DNA from: Acidobacteriota bacterium
GTDB lineage: Bacteria; Acidobacteriota; UBA890; WLXD01
Length of the DNA: 64,000 bases
Assembly: GCA_965205505.1 (NCBI GenBank)
Contig: CBDBHB010000009.1
Location: 864,001 to 928,000 of the forward strand
Direction of reading: 5' to 3'
Of the stretch, positions 30,797-41,716 are shown piece after piece. The notes under the pieces are model-generated. The model had not been told where the DNA came from. It saw only the letters and a program-made list of their open reading frames with translations, and did no database searches. Position numbers and translations under genes: made by a program. Every line of letters begins with the position of its first letter. Within the stretch, counting starts at the first letter, position 1.

Positions 30797-31711
30797 ATGA
30801 AACTCCGTCACGCTGCTCTCACCGTCGCGACTACCTTTGTCCTCGCCGTCGGCCCGGTCATACCGGACCTGTTTGCCCAGCAGGATTTCGACGCTGTGGA
30901 GATCGACACCATCGAGGTAGTCGACGGCGTCTACATGCTGATGGGCGCTGGAGGCAACATCGGCCTGAGCGTCGGGGACGACGGCGCGTTCGTCGTCGAC
31001 GACCAGTTCGCGCCGCTTACCGACAAGATCCGCGCGGCCATTGCGGCGGTGACCGACGCGGAGGTCAAGTTTGTCGTCAACACCCACTGGCACGGTGACC
31101 ATACCGGCGGCAACGAGGCCTTCGGATCCGCCGGCGCCGTGATCGTAGCGCACGACAACGTCCGCAAGCGGATGAATCCGGAGCAGTTCGGGGAGGTCAT
31201 GGGAAGCACCGAGCAGGCCCCGCCGGCGGCCTTGCCGGTAGTGACTTTCAGCGACGAGGTTACGTTCTACTGGAACGACGAAAAGATCCAGGTCGAGCAC
31301 GTCAGGCACGCGCATACTGACGGCGATGCCCTGATCTGGTTTACCGGCGCCAACGTAGTGCACATGGGCGACAACTTCTTCAACGGCGTCTACCCGTACA
31401 TCGACGTCGACTCGGGCGGCAACGTCGACGGGATGCTCGCCAGCGCCCGGCACGTCTTGGCGCGAATCGACTCCGACACCAAGATCATCCCCGGCCATGG
31501 GGCGCTCGCCGGCCCCGAGGACCTACGCCGGTTTCGCGACGTGCTGACCTTGGCGCGTGATCGCGTCGGCGCGATGATCAACGACGGGATGAGCCTCGAG
31601 GAGGTCATCGCGGCGCTGCCGATGTCCGACCACGACGAGACATGGGGCGGGGGTTTCATGTCGGCGGATCGCTTCCTGACCGTCGTATACCGCAGCATCG
31701 CCGGCGAGTAG
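30797..31711 (+). CDS. MBL-fold metallo-hydrolase (cyclase-like), exported
   Basis: NTHWHGDHTGGN, AHTDGD, HMGD, IPGHG; signal peptide. Confidence 0.92.
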   Translation: MKLRHAALTVATTFVLAVGPVIPDLFAQQDFDAVEIDTIEVVDGVYMLMGAGGNIGLSVGDDGAFVVDDQFAPLTDKIRAAIAAVTDAEVKFVVNTHWHGDHTGGNEAFGSAGAVIVAHDNVRKRMNPEQFGEVMGSTEQAPPAALPVVTFSDEVTFYWNDEKIQVEHVRHAHTDGDALIWFTGANVVHMGDNFFNGVYPYIDVDSGGNVDGMLASARHVLARIDSDTKIIPGHGALAGPEDLRRFRDVLTLARDRVGAMINDGMSLEEVIAALPMSDHDETWGGGFMSADRFLTVVYRSIAGE

Positions 31712-31823
31712 GCGCAGCAGCGGTCCGCGGCGCGATGGCCGGCGTTGCGCCTCCTTGAAGTAGGCAGATCTACGCCCGCGTCGTCGCGCCTTGGCCCCCG
31801 CGCCGCGTCCTCGCTGTTGCGCC
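31711..31823. repeat. Single-unit palindromic intergenic repeat (same core as 56872..57128)
   Basis: Outer inverted arms GGCGCAGCAGCG / CGCTGTTGCGCC; core CGGCGTTGCGCCTC...CGCGCCTTG shared with 57017..57071. Confidence 0.7.
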
Positions 31824-31841
31824 CGCTCGCGGTCGGCGACA

Positions 31842-33605
31842 CTAGTAGCCGATCGCGGTGCCGTCCTTTCGGGGATCGGTGCCGCCGTGCAGCATGCCGG
31901 TGATTGGGTTGATCATGATCGCCTGGTAGCCGCCCATCGCGCCGCCGCCGGCGCGCCGGATCACGTGCCCCATGGCCTCGAGCTGGGCGATGACTTCGTC
32001 GGGAATGCCGCTCTCTACCAGCACCGTGCCGCCGGTCGGCGCTTCGCCGGCTCGGGGCGTCTCTCCCATGTGGCGCCAGCGTGCCGCATCACCGGCCTCC
32101 TGCACGCTCAAGCCGAAGTCGATGAGGTTGGCCAGCACCTGTGTATGGCCCTGCGGCTGCATGTTGCCGCCCATGACGCCGAACGTCAGCCACGGCACGC
32201 CGTCCTTGGTCACCATGCCCGGCATGTTGGTGTGCAGCGAGCGCTTGTGAGGTTCCAGCACGTTCAGGTGGCCCTGCTCGAGGCTGAAGCCGATGCCGCG
32301 GTTCTGCATTGCGAAGCCGAGGTCTCCGGGCACCACCCTGGAACCGAACGAGTCGAAGATGCTCTGGATCAGCGATACGGCGTTGCGGTCCTTGTCGACC
32401 ACCGACAGATAAACGGTGTCGCCGTGCTCGAGCGGGTCGCCTGGTGTCACGGTGAGCGCCGCGCGCGCCGCGTCGACCATGGCGCGTCGGCTGACCCCGT
32501 AGGGCTTGGAGATGAGCTCCGCCACCGGCAGCGCGTTGAACTCGGGGTCGGCGACGTAATGAGTGCGGTCGGCGAAGGCGAGCTTCTTGGCCTCGATCAT
32601 TCGATGTAGCGTGGCGGCGCTGTTGTGCCCCAGGCTCGCGAGGTCGTAGCCCTCGAGGATGTTGAGCATCATCAGCGCGGTGATGCCGTGACTGTTGGGC
32701 GGTAGCTCCCAGACCTCGTGGCCGTGGTAGCTGGTACTCACGGGCTCGACCCAGGTCGACGTGTGCTCTTCGAAGTCGCGCTTGGAGAAGTAGCCATTGT
32801 TGGCTTCGCTGAAGGCAACGATGCGATCGGCTATGGCGCCTCGATAGAAGACGTCGCGGCCTTCGTTGCCGATCGCCTCGTACACGCGAGCGAGGTTCTG
32901 ATTGCGGAAGACGTCGCCCTTCTTTGGGGCGTGCCCGCCGGGGAGGTAGGTCTTGGCGGAATCCGGCCACTCGGCCAGCGCTGCCTCCTCCTCCTGCCAT
33001 TGGCCGGCGATGATCTCGCTGACCGGGAACCCGTCGCGTGCGTATGCGATCGCCGGTGCCAGCACCTGCACGAGCGTCATCGTTCCGTGTTGTTCGAGCA
33101 GCTCCGCCCAGGCGTCGACCGCGCCGGGCACCGTCCAGGGCACCAGGCCTCTGCCTGGGATCCGATCGAGATTACGCTTGCGTAGCGCTTCCAGACTCAG
33201 CGCGTAGGGGGACCTACCGGTGCCGTTGAGGGCGTAGAGCTTCTGCTGTTCGGCGTTCCAGACGATGGCGAACAGATCGCCACCGATGCCGTTCATGTGC
33301 GGCTCGACCAGCCCTAGCATGGCGTTGACCGCTACCGCCGCGTCGATGGCGTTGCCGCCCGCCTTGAGGATATCGATGCCAACTTGTGCGGCCAGCGGTT
33401 GGCTGGCGGCAACCATGCCATGGGGCGCGATCACCTCCGAGCGGCTGCCTTTGGGCGTGTGAGCCGGCCGATCGTACCCGGATCCTTGGGTGCTCGATTG
33501 ATCCTGAGCGCCCGCCGTCTCGGAGCCGGCCAGCTCAGGAAACTCACCGCTTGTGATATTCACCGCCACCATCGTGATCGCGAGCAACGCTGCACCAACA
33601 TGCAC
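31842..33605 (-). CDS. ggt: Gamma-glutamyltransferase
   Basis: GGNAIDAAVA, GIGGD, HGDTVYLSVVD (Thr nucleophile), MQNRG, GVMGG..QPQGH, DPRKDG. Confidence 0.95.
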   Translation of the reverse strand: MHVGAALLAITMVAVNITSGEFPELAGSETAGAQDQSSTQGSGYDRPAHTPKGSRSEVIAPHGMVAASQPLAAQVGIDILKAGGNAIDAAVAVNAMLGLVEPHMNGIGGDLFAIVWNAEQQKLYALNGTGRSPYALSLEALRKRNLDRIPGRGLVPWTVPGAVDAWAELLEQHGTMTLVQVLAPAIAYARDGFPVSEIIAGQWQEEEAALAEWPDSAKTYLPGGHAPKKGDVFRNQNLARVYEAIGNEGRDVFYRGAIADRIVAFSEANNGYFSKRDFEEHTSTWVEPVSTSYHGHEVWELPPNSHGITALMMLNILEGYDLASLGHNSAATLHRMIEAKKLAFADRTHYVADPEFNALPVAELISKPYGVSRRAMVDAARAALTVTPGDPLEHGDTVYLSVVDKDRNAVSLIQSIFDSFGSRVVPGDLGFAMQNRGIGFSLEQGHLNVLEPHKRSLHTNMPGMVTKDGVPWLTFGVMGGNMQPQGHTQVLANLIDFGLSVQEAGDAARWRHMGETPRAGEAPTGGTVLVESGIPDEVIAQLEAMGHVIRRAGGGAMGGYQAIMINPITGMLHGGTDPRKDGTAIGY

Positions 33606-33708
33606 GGGACTCCTCCTTGGACGCTGTCGATGGCAGCGAAGTTACCAGAACGAAGGGCCGAGTATCAGCGGTGAGAGAAGTCTCGCGCGGTCGCGATGTG
33701 ATCCTTTC

Positions 33709-33756
33709 TTGACAAACTGCGACAGATGCCGCACTTTAAGTGCGACAAGTGTCGCG
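33709..33756 (+). promoter_or_regulatory. blaI-like promoter with two palindromic operator boxes
   Basis: TTGACA at 33709; TGCGACA-GA-TGCCGCA (33718..33733) and GCGACA-AG-TGTCGC (33742..33755), resembling the ACA-NN-TGT BlaI/CopY box. Confidence 0.7.
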
Positions 33757-33780
33757 GTTCTTGAACGAGGGAATCAGGCG

Positions 33781-34176
33781 ATGGCGAGGAAGCTCCCGCA
33801 CTTATCGAGATTCGAGCTTCAGTGCCTTCGGTTGCTGTGGCAGAGGGGAGAAGCATCCGCTGGTGTGGTCCACGCACAACTCCAAGATCCGCCCTCATAC
33901 TCGACTGTCCGGAAGATCTTCGAGCGTCTGGAGACCAAGGGCGCCATCGAGCGCGTCGGCAAGTCCGGCCGCTCGGTGGTGTATCGGCCCTCGGTCAGCG
34001 GGCCGGCAATGATCCGCAAGGAGATCGCGCGGTTGCTCGATTCGTTGTTCGACGGCTCCGCGGCTCCGTTGCTGAGCCACCTGGCACAGATGCGGGCGCT
34101 GGACCTCGACGATCTGCGTGAGATCGAGAGACAGCTAGCCGGCGAGGACGCCCTTGACCGGGAGTCGGAATCATGA
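33781..34176 (+). CDS. BlaI/MecI/CopY family repressor
   Basis: LSRFELQCLRLLW, YSTVRKIFERLETKG, LLDSLFDGS. Confidence 0.93.
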   Translation: MARKLPHLSRFELQCLRLLWQRGEASAGVVHAQLQDPPSYSTVRKIFERLETKGAIERVGKSGRSVVYRPSVSGPAMIRKEIARLLDSLFDGSAAPLLSHLAQMRALDLDDLREIERQLAGEDALDRESES

Positions 34177-35804
34177 ACTTCCTGCAAATCGACCACCGGG
34201 CGTTCTGGGGTGCGTTCGCCATCCACATGTGGCAAAGCGCGCTCGTCGTTGCAGTACTTCTGTTGCTCGACCGCCTGCTGCGCGGCGCACCAGCCCGTCT
34301 TCGCGGCTACCTCTGGTGGATCGGGCTGCTGAAGCTGATGCTACCCGTATCGCTGCTGGCGTCCTGGGCAGCCGAATTGCTCACATCCCTCAGTGCCCCC
34401 ACGGCGAGCGTTACGGTGACGACTGCCGTGCGTGGTCTGCGAGCCGTGTTCGAGCCTCAGCTATGGACTGTTCCGGCGCCGCGCTTCGCTGGCGATGATG
34501 TTGTCTATCAGCTCCTCACCGTGGCCTGGCTGTTTGGTGCGTTGGCGGTTGCGGTGGCGCTGTGGCGTCGCAGGTCGACGCTGGTGCGGCAGCTTTCCAA
34601 TCAGGCGACTGCGCCGCTCTCCGTGCAGCTCGGTCGTGTCGCCAGCCATTATGGGGTAGATCCGGCCCGCATCGAGGTAGTGGATGAGCCAATCATTCCG
34701 AGCCTCGTCGGTTTGTGGCGACCGCGAATTCTGCTACCACGCTCATTGTGTGAGGCGCTCACCGCCAGCTAGTTGGGCGCGGTGGTGGCGCACGAAGATG
34801 CTCACCGACGGCTCGGTCATCCGCTCCAGCGGATCGTCGCATTGCCGGTACTAGTGACTTTCTACTTCTTTCCGGTTGCCTGGTTAGTGCTTGCCAGGCT
34901 CCATCGCGCCGCCGAGCTTGCTTGCGACGAAGCCGTCCTGCGCGCCGGTGTCGACGCGCGCACCTACTCGCAAGCTCTGGCGCGTACGCTCCGTCTTGGA
35001 TTCGTCCAGGGCGCTGGTGATCTTGCGCTCTTGGTACCAAGCAAATCCGTCTTCGCCGCGCGACTGCGCCACATTCACGAGATCGGGAGGCCCGTCGTCA
35101 TGACAAGACACCGCCTCGCACTGACTCTGGCGGTCATCACGTTCACCGTCTCGGTGGTGGCCGGCGCGTTCGGGACCCCGCAGGGGGCGGGCTCGGGCGA
35201 GCCGAGTCTCCCGCAGGCGCGCCGACTCGCCGCGCAGGCTGGCCTGGAGGCAGATTTTCCGCATCTGCTCGAGCTTCGAGGCGGTGGGCGTCAGGCGAAC
35301 GTCGAATTCGAGAACAGGCTGCTGCGCGATGTGCTCGAGCAGCTTGCCGGGCTGGGCGGCTTCGAGCTGGACACGTCGCAGCTTGGTGGTAGCCGGCGGG
35401 TGACGTTGGTAGCTCGCAACAGCACGGTAGTGGCCACGCTGGCGTCTCTGGCCCGATCCGCGGACCTGTGGTTCACGGTCGAGGATCGGCGGCGGTTGGT
35501 GGTGCACGAGGTGGTCTCCATCGCGGATCGCCAGAGGCCCACACGCACTCACTACGTGGCCCCGCGCTACCCGGAGCAGGCGCGCGACGACCGCATCCAG
35601 GGGGAAGTGGTTCTGGAGAGCGTCATCGGGCTCGACGGTCGGATGGAGCGCATCGTGGTGACCGGAAGCGCGCATCCGCTCCTCGACGTTACTGCGAGAG
35701 AATCCGTCGAACAATGGCGCTACGCGCCGGTCATCGTCGGCGGTCAACCGGTGAAGACGCGCCTCATGGTGACGGTCCAGTTTTTTCTGCAATCGCTGCA
35801 GTAG
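34173..35804 (+). pseudogene. M56 (BlaR1-like) peptidase-TonB C-terminal fusion with in-frame TAG at 34770..34772
   Basis: ORFs 34173..34772 and 34773..35804 are in the same frame: LTAS*LGAVVAHEDAH, ELACDE, then P.YPEQAR...IQGEVVL..QWRY. Confidence 0.88.
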
Positions 35805-35988
35805 CGGCCTGTCCGCCCGCCCGGCCAGATGGCGGCAAGTTACCAGAAAGACACATCGTGCATCATGCGGCGGAAGAAAACGCGCGTGTCCTGGCCGATG
35901 GCTACTGCGTAGGCAAGATAGCTGCGTCCCTTCCGCTGCCGGGTTGGTGAGGGTCGACTTTCAGCTGCAGTAGTCGAACCCGCCGGCG

Positions 35989-37758
35989 CTATCCGACGGC
36001 GCGCAGCAGAGGATCGCTGACGCCGATCACATAGGCCGCCAGCAGGCCGAGCAGGCCGAGCACCGTCAGGTAGTAGAGGGTCGGGAGGATCGTCTTGCGC
36101 AGCGTCGAGCCCTCCTGGCCGAGCAGCCCGACGGTGGCCGACGCGGCGACGACGTTGTGGATGGCGACCATGTTGCCGGCCGCGGCGCCGACCGCCTGGA
36201 GGGCGATGATCAGCGCGCTCGACAGCGCCAGACGCTCGGCAACGCCGTACTGAAACGCCGAGAACATCAGGTTGCTGACCGTGTTGGAGCCGGCGATGAA
36301 AGCTCCAAGGGCACCGATCACGCCGGCGAAGGCGGGCCAGCTGGCCCCGACGTTCGTGGCCACCCATTCGGCCAGGGCGATGGGCATGCTCAGGTAGCCG
36401 CCGCTGTTGGCGCCGGAGTTGATGTATACGCGCACCATAGGAACGGTGAAAACGAGGACGAACCCGGCGCTGAGCAGGACGCCGGCGGATCGTGTTGCCG
36501 CTCGCAGCATCTCCGCTCCCCGCATGCGGTGTAAGAAGAATGCGAAGCCGGCTGCGGCCATGAGCACTGTGCCGGGCAGATACAAAGGCGTCGTCGCCGC
36601 GGTGATATCGGTGCCCAGAATTCCTTCCCAGTCGAAACGGGCGCGGCGGAGCCAGGCACCGAGCGGGAGCCAGGGCAGGCGCGTGAGCACCAGCATTGCG
36701 CCGACTGCTGCGTAGGGGAGCCAGGCGCGGAGCACGCTGATCGTCGGGTCGGTGGTGAGGACGTCGCGCGGGGCGCCGGTGGTGGTGGTGTTTCGGGGTG
36801 CGCCGTCGGTCTCATCCTCGAGAGGGCTTCCAGCGGTGATCTCCATGCCGCTGACCCAATCCTGCGGCCAGTTCTTGGGCGGCGGAAAATCCCAATGATC
36901 CGCCGGGACGAGCCACCCGCGTCGAATCACGGCAACGACGATAGCCAGTCCCACCGGCGCGCCGAGTAGCGAGGGGAACTCAGGCCCGAGCAGCGTTGCT
37001 GCCGCCACGTAAGGAACGGTGAACGCCAGACCGGCGAACAATGAAAGTGGCAACACCGAAAGGCCCTCGGTCCACGAGCGTCGGGCACCGAAGAACCGTG
37101 TCATCACCATCACCATGAGGGTCGGCATGAGGGTGCCCGCAATGGCATGCAGGTAGGCCGAGCGCGTCGCAACAAGGTTTACGTACTGTGCGAGCTCGAT
37201 TCCCGACGCGGCCAGTTGGGCGTCGAAGGCCGAGCTACCTACACCGCCCGCGACGCCGACCAGTATCGGCGTCCCCGCAGCCCCGAAGGTGACCGCGGTG
37301 CTCTGTATCATCATTCCGATCACCACGGCAGCCGCAGCGGGAAACCCCATTGCGACGAGCAGCGGTGCCGCGACCGCTGCCGGCGTTCCGAATCCGGCGG
37401 CGCCTTCGATGAAGGAGCCGAAGAGCCAGGCAATGACGATCACCTGAACGCGTCGATCACCACTGAGCGCACCGAAGGACCGACGAATCGCCGCCACGCC
37501 CCCGGATTCTTCGAGCGTATTGAGCAGGAGGATGGCGCCGAAGATGATCCACAGCAGGTCGAATGTGAGGAACAAGCCCTGGATCGTCGAGGCGATGACC
37601 CGGACCGGCGCGACGCCCCAGGCGCCCACGGCGATCACGACGGCGGCGAGATAAACGGCCGGCATCGCTCGCCGTGCCGGCACGCGAAAGCCGACAAGTA
37701 GGACACCGGCTAGCAGTATCGGCATGACGGCTAGTGCCGCCTGCAATCCAAGGGTCAT
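35989..37758 (-). CDS. L-lactate permease family transporter
   Basis: [46 protein letters not shown]. Confidence 0.93.
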   Translation of the reverse strand: MTLGLQAALAVMPILLAGVLLVGFRVPARRAMPAVYLAAVVIAVGAWGVAPVRVIASTIQGLFLTFDLLWIIFGAILLLNTLEESGGVAAIRRSFGALSGDRRVQVIVIAWLFGSFIEGAAGFGTPAAVAAPLLVAMGFPAAAAVVIGMMIQSTAVTFGAAGTPILVGVAGGVGSSAFDAQLAASGIELAQYVNLVATRSAYLHAIAGTLMPTLMVMVMTRFFGARRSWTEGLSVLPLSLFAGLAFTVPYVAAATLLGPEFPSLLGAPVGLAIVVAVIRRGWLVPADHWDFPPPKNWPQDWVSGMEITAGSPLEDETDGAPRNTTTTGAPRDVLTTDPTISVLRAWLPYAAVGAMLVLTRLPWLPLGAWLRRARFDWEGILGTDITAATTPLYLPGTVLMAAAGFAFFLHRMRGAEMLRAATRSAGVLLSAGFVLVFTVPMVRVYINSGANSGGYLSMPIALAEWVATNVGASWPAFAGVIGALGAFIAGSNTVSNLMFSAFQYGVAERLALSSALIIALQAVGAAAGNMVAIHNVVAASATVGLLGQEGSTLRKTILPTLYYLTVLGLLGLLAAYVIGVSDPLLRAVG

Positions 37759-37878
37759 CGCAGGACACTAGCCTGGGGCGCAGCATACGTACAGTTGACG
37801 TCGGCCATGGATTGCGTTGCCCCGCGGCGATAACCGGTGTCTCGACGTGGGCGGCGGGGCGGGAGCGGTGCGCTGGGA

Positions 37879-38496
37879 TCAGGCAGCTGCCGCCCTCGCA
37901 GCCTCGTCGCCGGTCACAATGACGCTGCCGGCCGGCCCGAGCTTCTCGACGTCGCGGAACAGCGTGCGGCGTTCGTAGATATCGCCTATATAGAGAAACT
38001 CCTGGGCACCCAAAGGATCCAGATCGGTGGGAGCTAGCGCAGCGAGAAGCAGCGACGATCCGCTCAGCGCTACGGTTCCGTTTCCGAGCTCGCGCACGTA
38101 GCAGCGACCGGTCCCCAGAATATCGGTGAATGCCGTGACACGGCAGTCGCGCACATTGAGATCGACGATCGCGAAGGTACCGTCGAGCTCCGCAGCCAAC
38201 GCTATGTGGCCGATCTCGCGCATCCGATCGAGCAGACCGGTCAGGTCGGTCGCGCTGCCGCGGTGAAACCAAGTGCCCGAGGCCAGTAGGCATCCGGCCC
38301 CGTTTGGCTCGAGGACGATCTCGCCGCCGCTGCCGTCTTGGCGCGCGAACGTAGCTGCTAGCATCCCGTCGCCTCGGAATACCTGGCGCGGCTCGGATCC
38401 GAGTAGGTCCCGGGCGCTGCACAGACCGAGGTCGAACGCCTCGGAGGCGGCATGCTGGCGGCTCGCTGGCGCGCTAACGACGAGGAAACAGCTCAT
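37879..38496 (-). pseudogene. N-terminal GATase-2-like fragment of an asparagine-synthase-related protein
   Basis: MSC start, LDGTFAIV, TDILG, TLFRDVEKL.PA; stops before any synthase domain. Confidence 0.65.
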
Positions 38497-38704
38497 ATCG
38501 CGCGTTGGGAATAGAGGGGGGTCGACGGCTCACATCGAAGCTACGGGGCGGAGAGCCTGGCAAGCAAACCGAATCGTCCGGCTCCGGGCGGGTTGCGCAG
38601 GTGTGGCGCGGCCGACTAGGCGCCTGTTCAAGCGGTTAGACTCAGGGCGCGCGGATCTCAGTGCATGCGCGTCCGTGCAGCCTCAACAGCTTCTGGAGGA
38701 CCCT

Positions 38705-40108
38705 GTGTTTCGCCTCTGTGCCCTCGTGCTGGTCGCGGCGTCGGCGATCGGCGGCCTCGATCGAGAGGCGGCCACGGTCGACGAGCGCCCCAATATCCTG
38801 GTCATCTACGCCGACGATCTCGGCTACGGCGATCTCGGAGCGTACGGTCACCATACCCTGCAGACCCCCAGCTTGGATCGACTGGCGCTCGAGGGAATGC
38901 GCTTCACTTCGTACTACGCGCCCTCGCCGCTGTGCTCGCCGTCGCGCGCAGCGCTGCTTACCGGGCGAACTCCGTATCGCACTGGAATCGAGAGCTGGAT
39001 TCCACCGGGCACCGACATCCAGCTGGGGGCTGGGGAAGTCACCATTGCGACGCTGCTGCGAGCCATCGGCTACCAAACGGCGATGGCCGGCAAGTGGCAC
39101 CTGAACGGCGGTCCCGAGGTTGTCGAGCACACTCAGCCGGACGATCATGGCTTCGACCATTGGTTGGCGCTGCACGGCTGGCCGGTGCCGCACAACCGCA
39201 ACCCGCGCAACTTCTTCCGCAACGGCGAAGCGCTCGGCGAGCTCGAGGGATTCACCGCCGATATCGTCATCGACGAGGCCATTGATTGGTTGCAGAGGCG
39301 CGATCCACAGCGCTCGTTCTTCTTGTACGTGCCGATGATCGAGCCGCACTCGACCATCGCCAACCCACCCGAGTACAACGCCCTTTATGGCGAGTACACC
39401 GACGGTGTGCCAGAGCCGCTGGAGAACGGCCTACCCGCACCGCCCAGCAACTTGGCGGCGCGCGGGCCGGGCGAGTACTACGCCAATATCACCTATATGG
39501 ATCACCAGATCGGACGACTGCTGGACCGTATCGACGAGCTCGGGCTGCGCGAGCGCACGTTCGTGTTCTTTGCCTCGGACAACGGGCCGGTGACGACCGA
39601 CTGGCGTCGGTGGTGGGAGGTCAATCTTTACGGCAGCACCGGTGGCCTTCGCGGTCGCAAGCACGAGCTGTTGGAAGGCGGCATTCGGGTTCCCGCCATC
39701 GTTCGCTGGCCGGGCACCGTGGCCGCTGGCTCGCTCGCCGATGCTCCGGTGAGCGGCTACGATCTGCTGCCAACTCTGGCTACCGTGGTCGGCTTCGATG
39801 TGCCAGACGATCGACCGATCGACGGCGAGGACATCTCGGCAGTACTGCGCGGCGAGACGTGGGAGCGGCGGCGACCCTTGTACTGGGAGTTCGATAACGA
39901 ACAGGGTTTCGCCTACGCCTTGCGCGACGGCAACTGGAAACTGCTGGTCGACCGGGGCCTGGAGAGCCCGAGACTCTACAACCTCGCGACGGATCGTTTC
40001 GAGCTGTTCGACCTGGCCACCCAGCGACCCCAGGTTGTCGCCAGCCTGGTGACCAAGTTGCAGGAGATCAGTGAGAGCGTCACGGCCGATCCGTTGCGCC
40101 CCCGATGA
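38705..40108 (+). CDS. Cys-type sulfatase
   Basis: PNILVIYADDLG, CSPSRAALLTGR, GKWHL, SDNG, EGGIRVP. Confidence 0.95.
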   Translation: MFRLCALVLVAASAIGGLDREAATVDERPNILVIYADDLGYGDLGAYGHHTLQTPSLDRLALEGMRFTSYYAPSPLCSPSRAALLTGRTPYRTGIESWIPPGTDIQLGAGEVTIATLLRAIGYQTAMAGKWHLNGGPEVVEHTQPDDHGFDHWLALHGWPVPHNRNPRNFFRNGEALGELEGFTADIVIDEAIDWLQRRDPQRSFFLYVPMIEPHSTIANPPEYNALYGEYTDGVPEPLENGLPAPPSNLAARGPGEYYANITYMDHQIGRLLDRIDELGLRERTFVFFASDNGPVTTDWRRWWEVNLYGSTGGLRGRKHELLEGGIRVPAIVRWPGTVAAGSLADAPVSGYDLLPTLATVVGFDVPDDRPIDGEDISAVLRGETWERRRPLYWEFDNEQGFAYALRDGNWKLLVDRGLESPRLYNLATDRFELFDLATQRPQVVASLVTKLQEISESVTADPLRPR

Positions 40109-40179
40109 CCGATCTCGCTCTGGTACGTCGCAGAGCGGCCGCCATTGAGCGTTCCGTGACATCTCAGGAGCCCATCAAC

Positions 40180-41592
40180 ATGCCTCGTTGGAAAGTACTT
40201 GCCGCGTTACTTATTGCTGCGATGTTGTCGACAGTAGCCGCGGTTCCGGCGTTCTCGGGCCGGCAGCCCGAACGGTATCGGCAGCTGGCCACCGACATCC
40301 TCCGTGAGATGGTCGAGTTCCGCTCGGCCACGGGGTCCCCGGATGAGACCGCGGCGCTGCTCGCGGCGGCCATGGGCCGGCTCGTTGCGGCCGGTTTCGA
40401 CGTCGACGACATGACGTTGGTAAGCAGCCCCGGCGACATTCCGAACCTGGTGGTGCGCTATACCGGCACCGGCGCACGCCGTCCGGTGATGCTCATGGCT
40501 CACGTCGACGTCGTCGATGCCGAGCCCGAGGCTTGGCGGCTCCATCCGTTCGCCTTCCTGGAGGAGGACGGCTACTACTACGGGCGAGGAACGAGCGACA
40601 ACAAGGCCGGTGCGACGACCCTGGTGACCAACTTCATCCGGCTGCGCGAAGAGGGCTATGCGCCCGATCGCGACCTGATCATGGTCCTGACCGGCGATGA
40701 GGAGACCACCGGCGATGGTATCAACCACCTGGTCAACGACCGGCGGGACCTCGTGGATGCCGAGCTCGCACTGAACACCGATTCCGGTGGCGGCACGTAC
40801 GACCCCAACGGCGAGCCACAGATGTTCAAGGTGCAGACGAGCGAGAAGCTATACCAGAGCTATGAGCTCGAAACCTCGAACCCGGGCGGACACAGTTCGT
40901 TGCCACGTCCCGACAACGCCATCTACCGACTGGCCAAGGCACTGGGCCGCATCGAGAGCCACGACTTCCCGATCGAGCTCAACGACGGCACCCGCCTCTT
41001 CTTCCAGCGCTCTGCAGCGTTCGAGCATGGGTCGACTTCCGATCTGATGCGTGCCGTTGCCGGCGAGTCGCCCGACGAGGACGCGGCGCGCCGGTTGGCG
41101 GCGGTCAGCCCTCTGTTCAACGCTACGCTGCGTACGACGTGTGTGGCCACGATGCTGAGCGGCGGGCACGCCGAGAATGCCTTGCCGCGCGCCGCCAAGG
41201 CCACGGTGAACTGCCGCATCCTCCCGGGACACACGCCGGAGGACACCGAGGCGGTGCTACGGGGGGTCATCGCCGACGAGGGTGTTTCGATTCGGCCGAC
41301 GGGGGTAGCAACGCCGAGTGAGCCGTCTCCCTGGGATGCGCAGCTGATGGAGCCGATCGAAGAGCTCGTGCAGCAGATGTGGCCCGGAACACCGGTGATT
41401 CCGAACATGGGGACCGGTGCCACCGACGGGCTGTACGTTCGCAACGCAGGTATTCGTGTATACGCGATCGGGGCGATCTTCGCTGACCCGGGGGACGTTC
41501 GCGCCCATGGCCTCGACGAGCGCGTCGGTGTGAAGGAGTTCCACGACGCCGTCGAGTTCTGGTACCGGATGCTGAAGACGGTCAGTAGCTGA
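40180..41592 (+). CDS. M20/M25/M40 family peptidase, exported
   Basis: AHVDVV, YGRGTSDNK, GDEE, GGHSS, GATDG, AHGLDE. Confidence 0.94.
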   Translation: MPRWKVLAALLIAAMLSTVAAVPAFSGRQPERYRQLATDILREMVEFRSATGSPDETAALLAAAMGRLVAAGFDVDDMTLVSSPGDIPNLVVRYTGTGARRPVMLMAHVDVVDAEPEAWRLHPFAFLEEDGYYYGRGTSDNKAGATTLVTNFIRLREEGYAPDRDLIMVLTGDEETTGDGINHLVNDRRDLVDAELALNTDSGGGTYDPNGEPQMFKVQTSEKLYQSYELETSNPGGHSSLPRPDNAIYRLAKALGRIESHDFPIELNDGTRLFFQRSAAFEHGSTSDLMRAVAGESPDEDAARRLAAVSPLFNATLRTTCVATMLSGGHAENALPRAAKATVNCRILPGHTPEDTEAVLRGVIADEGVSIRPTGVATPSEPSPWDAQLMEPIEELVQQMWPGTPVIPNMGTGATDGLYVRNAGIRVYAIGAIFADPGDVRAHGLDERVGVKEFHDAVEFWYRMLKTVSS

Positions 41593-41716
41593 GCTGCTGG
41601 GCGGCGGATCCCGTCACGCCGCACAGGTCGGCACGCTTCCAACACGTTTTCCATTCTGGCCTCGTCATGTTGTCAAACGGACCGCCTGCGGCCGCCGCTT
41701 CCGGCACCAAGCTGGC

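Noticed and set aside
34770-34772. Pyrrolysine or recoded TAG
   Set aside because: Isolated case at a position expected to be Glu; TAG is used as a normal stop throughout; no pyl genes in the window
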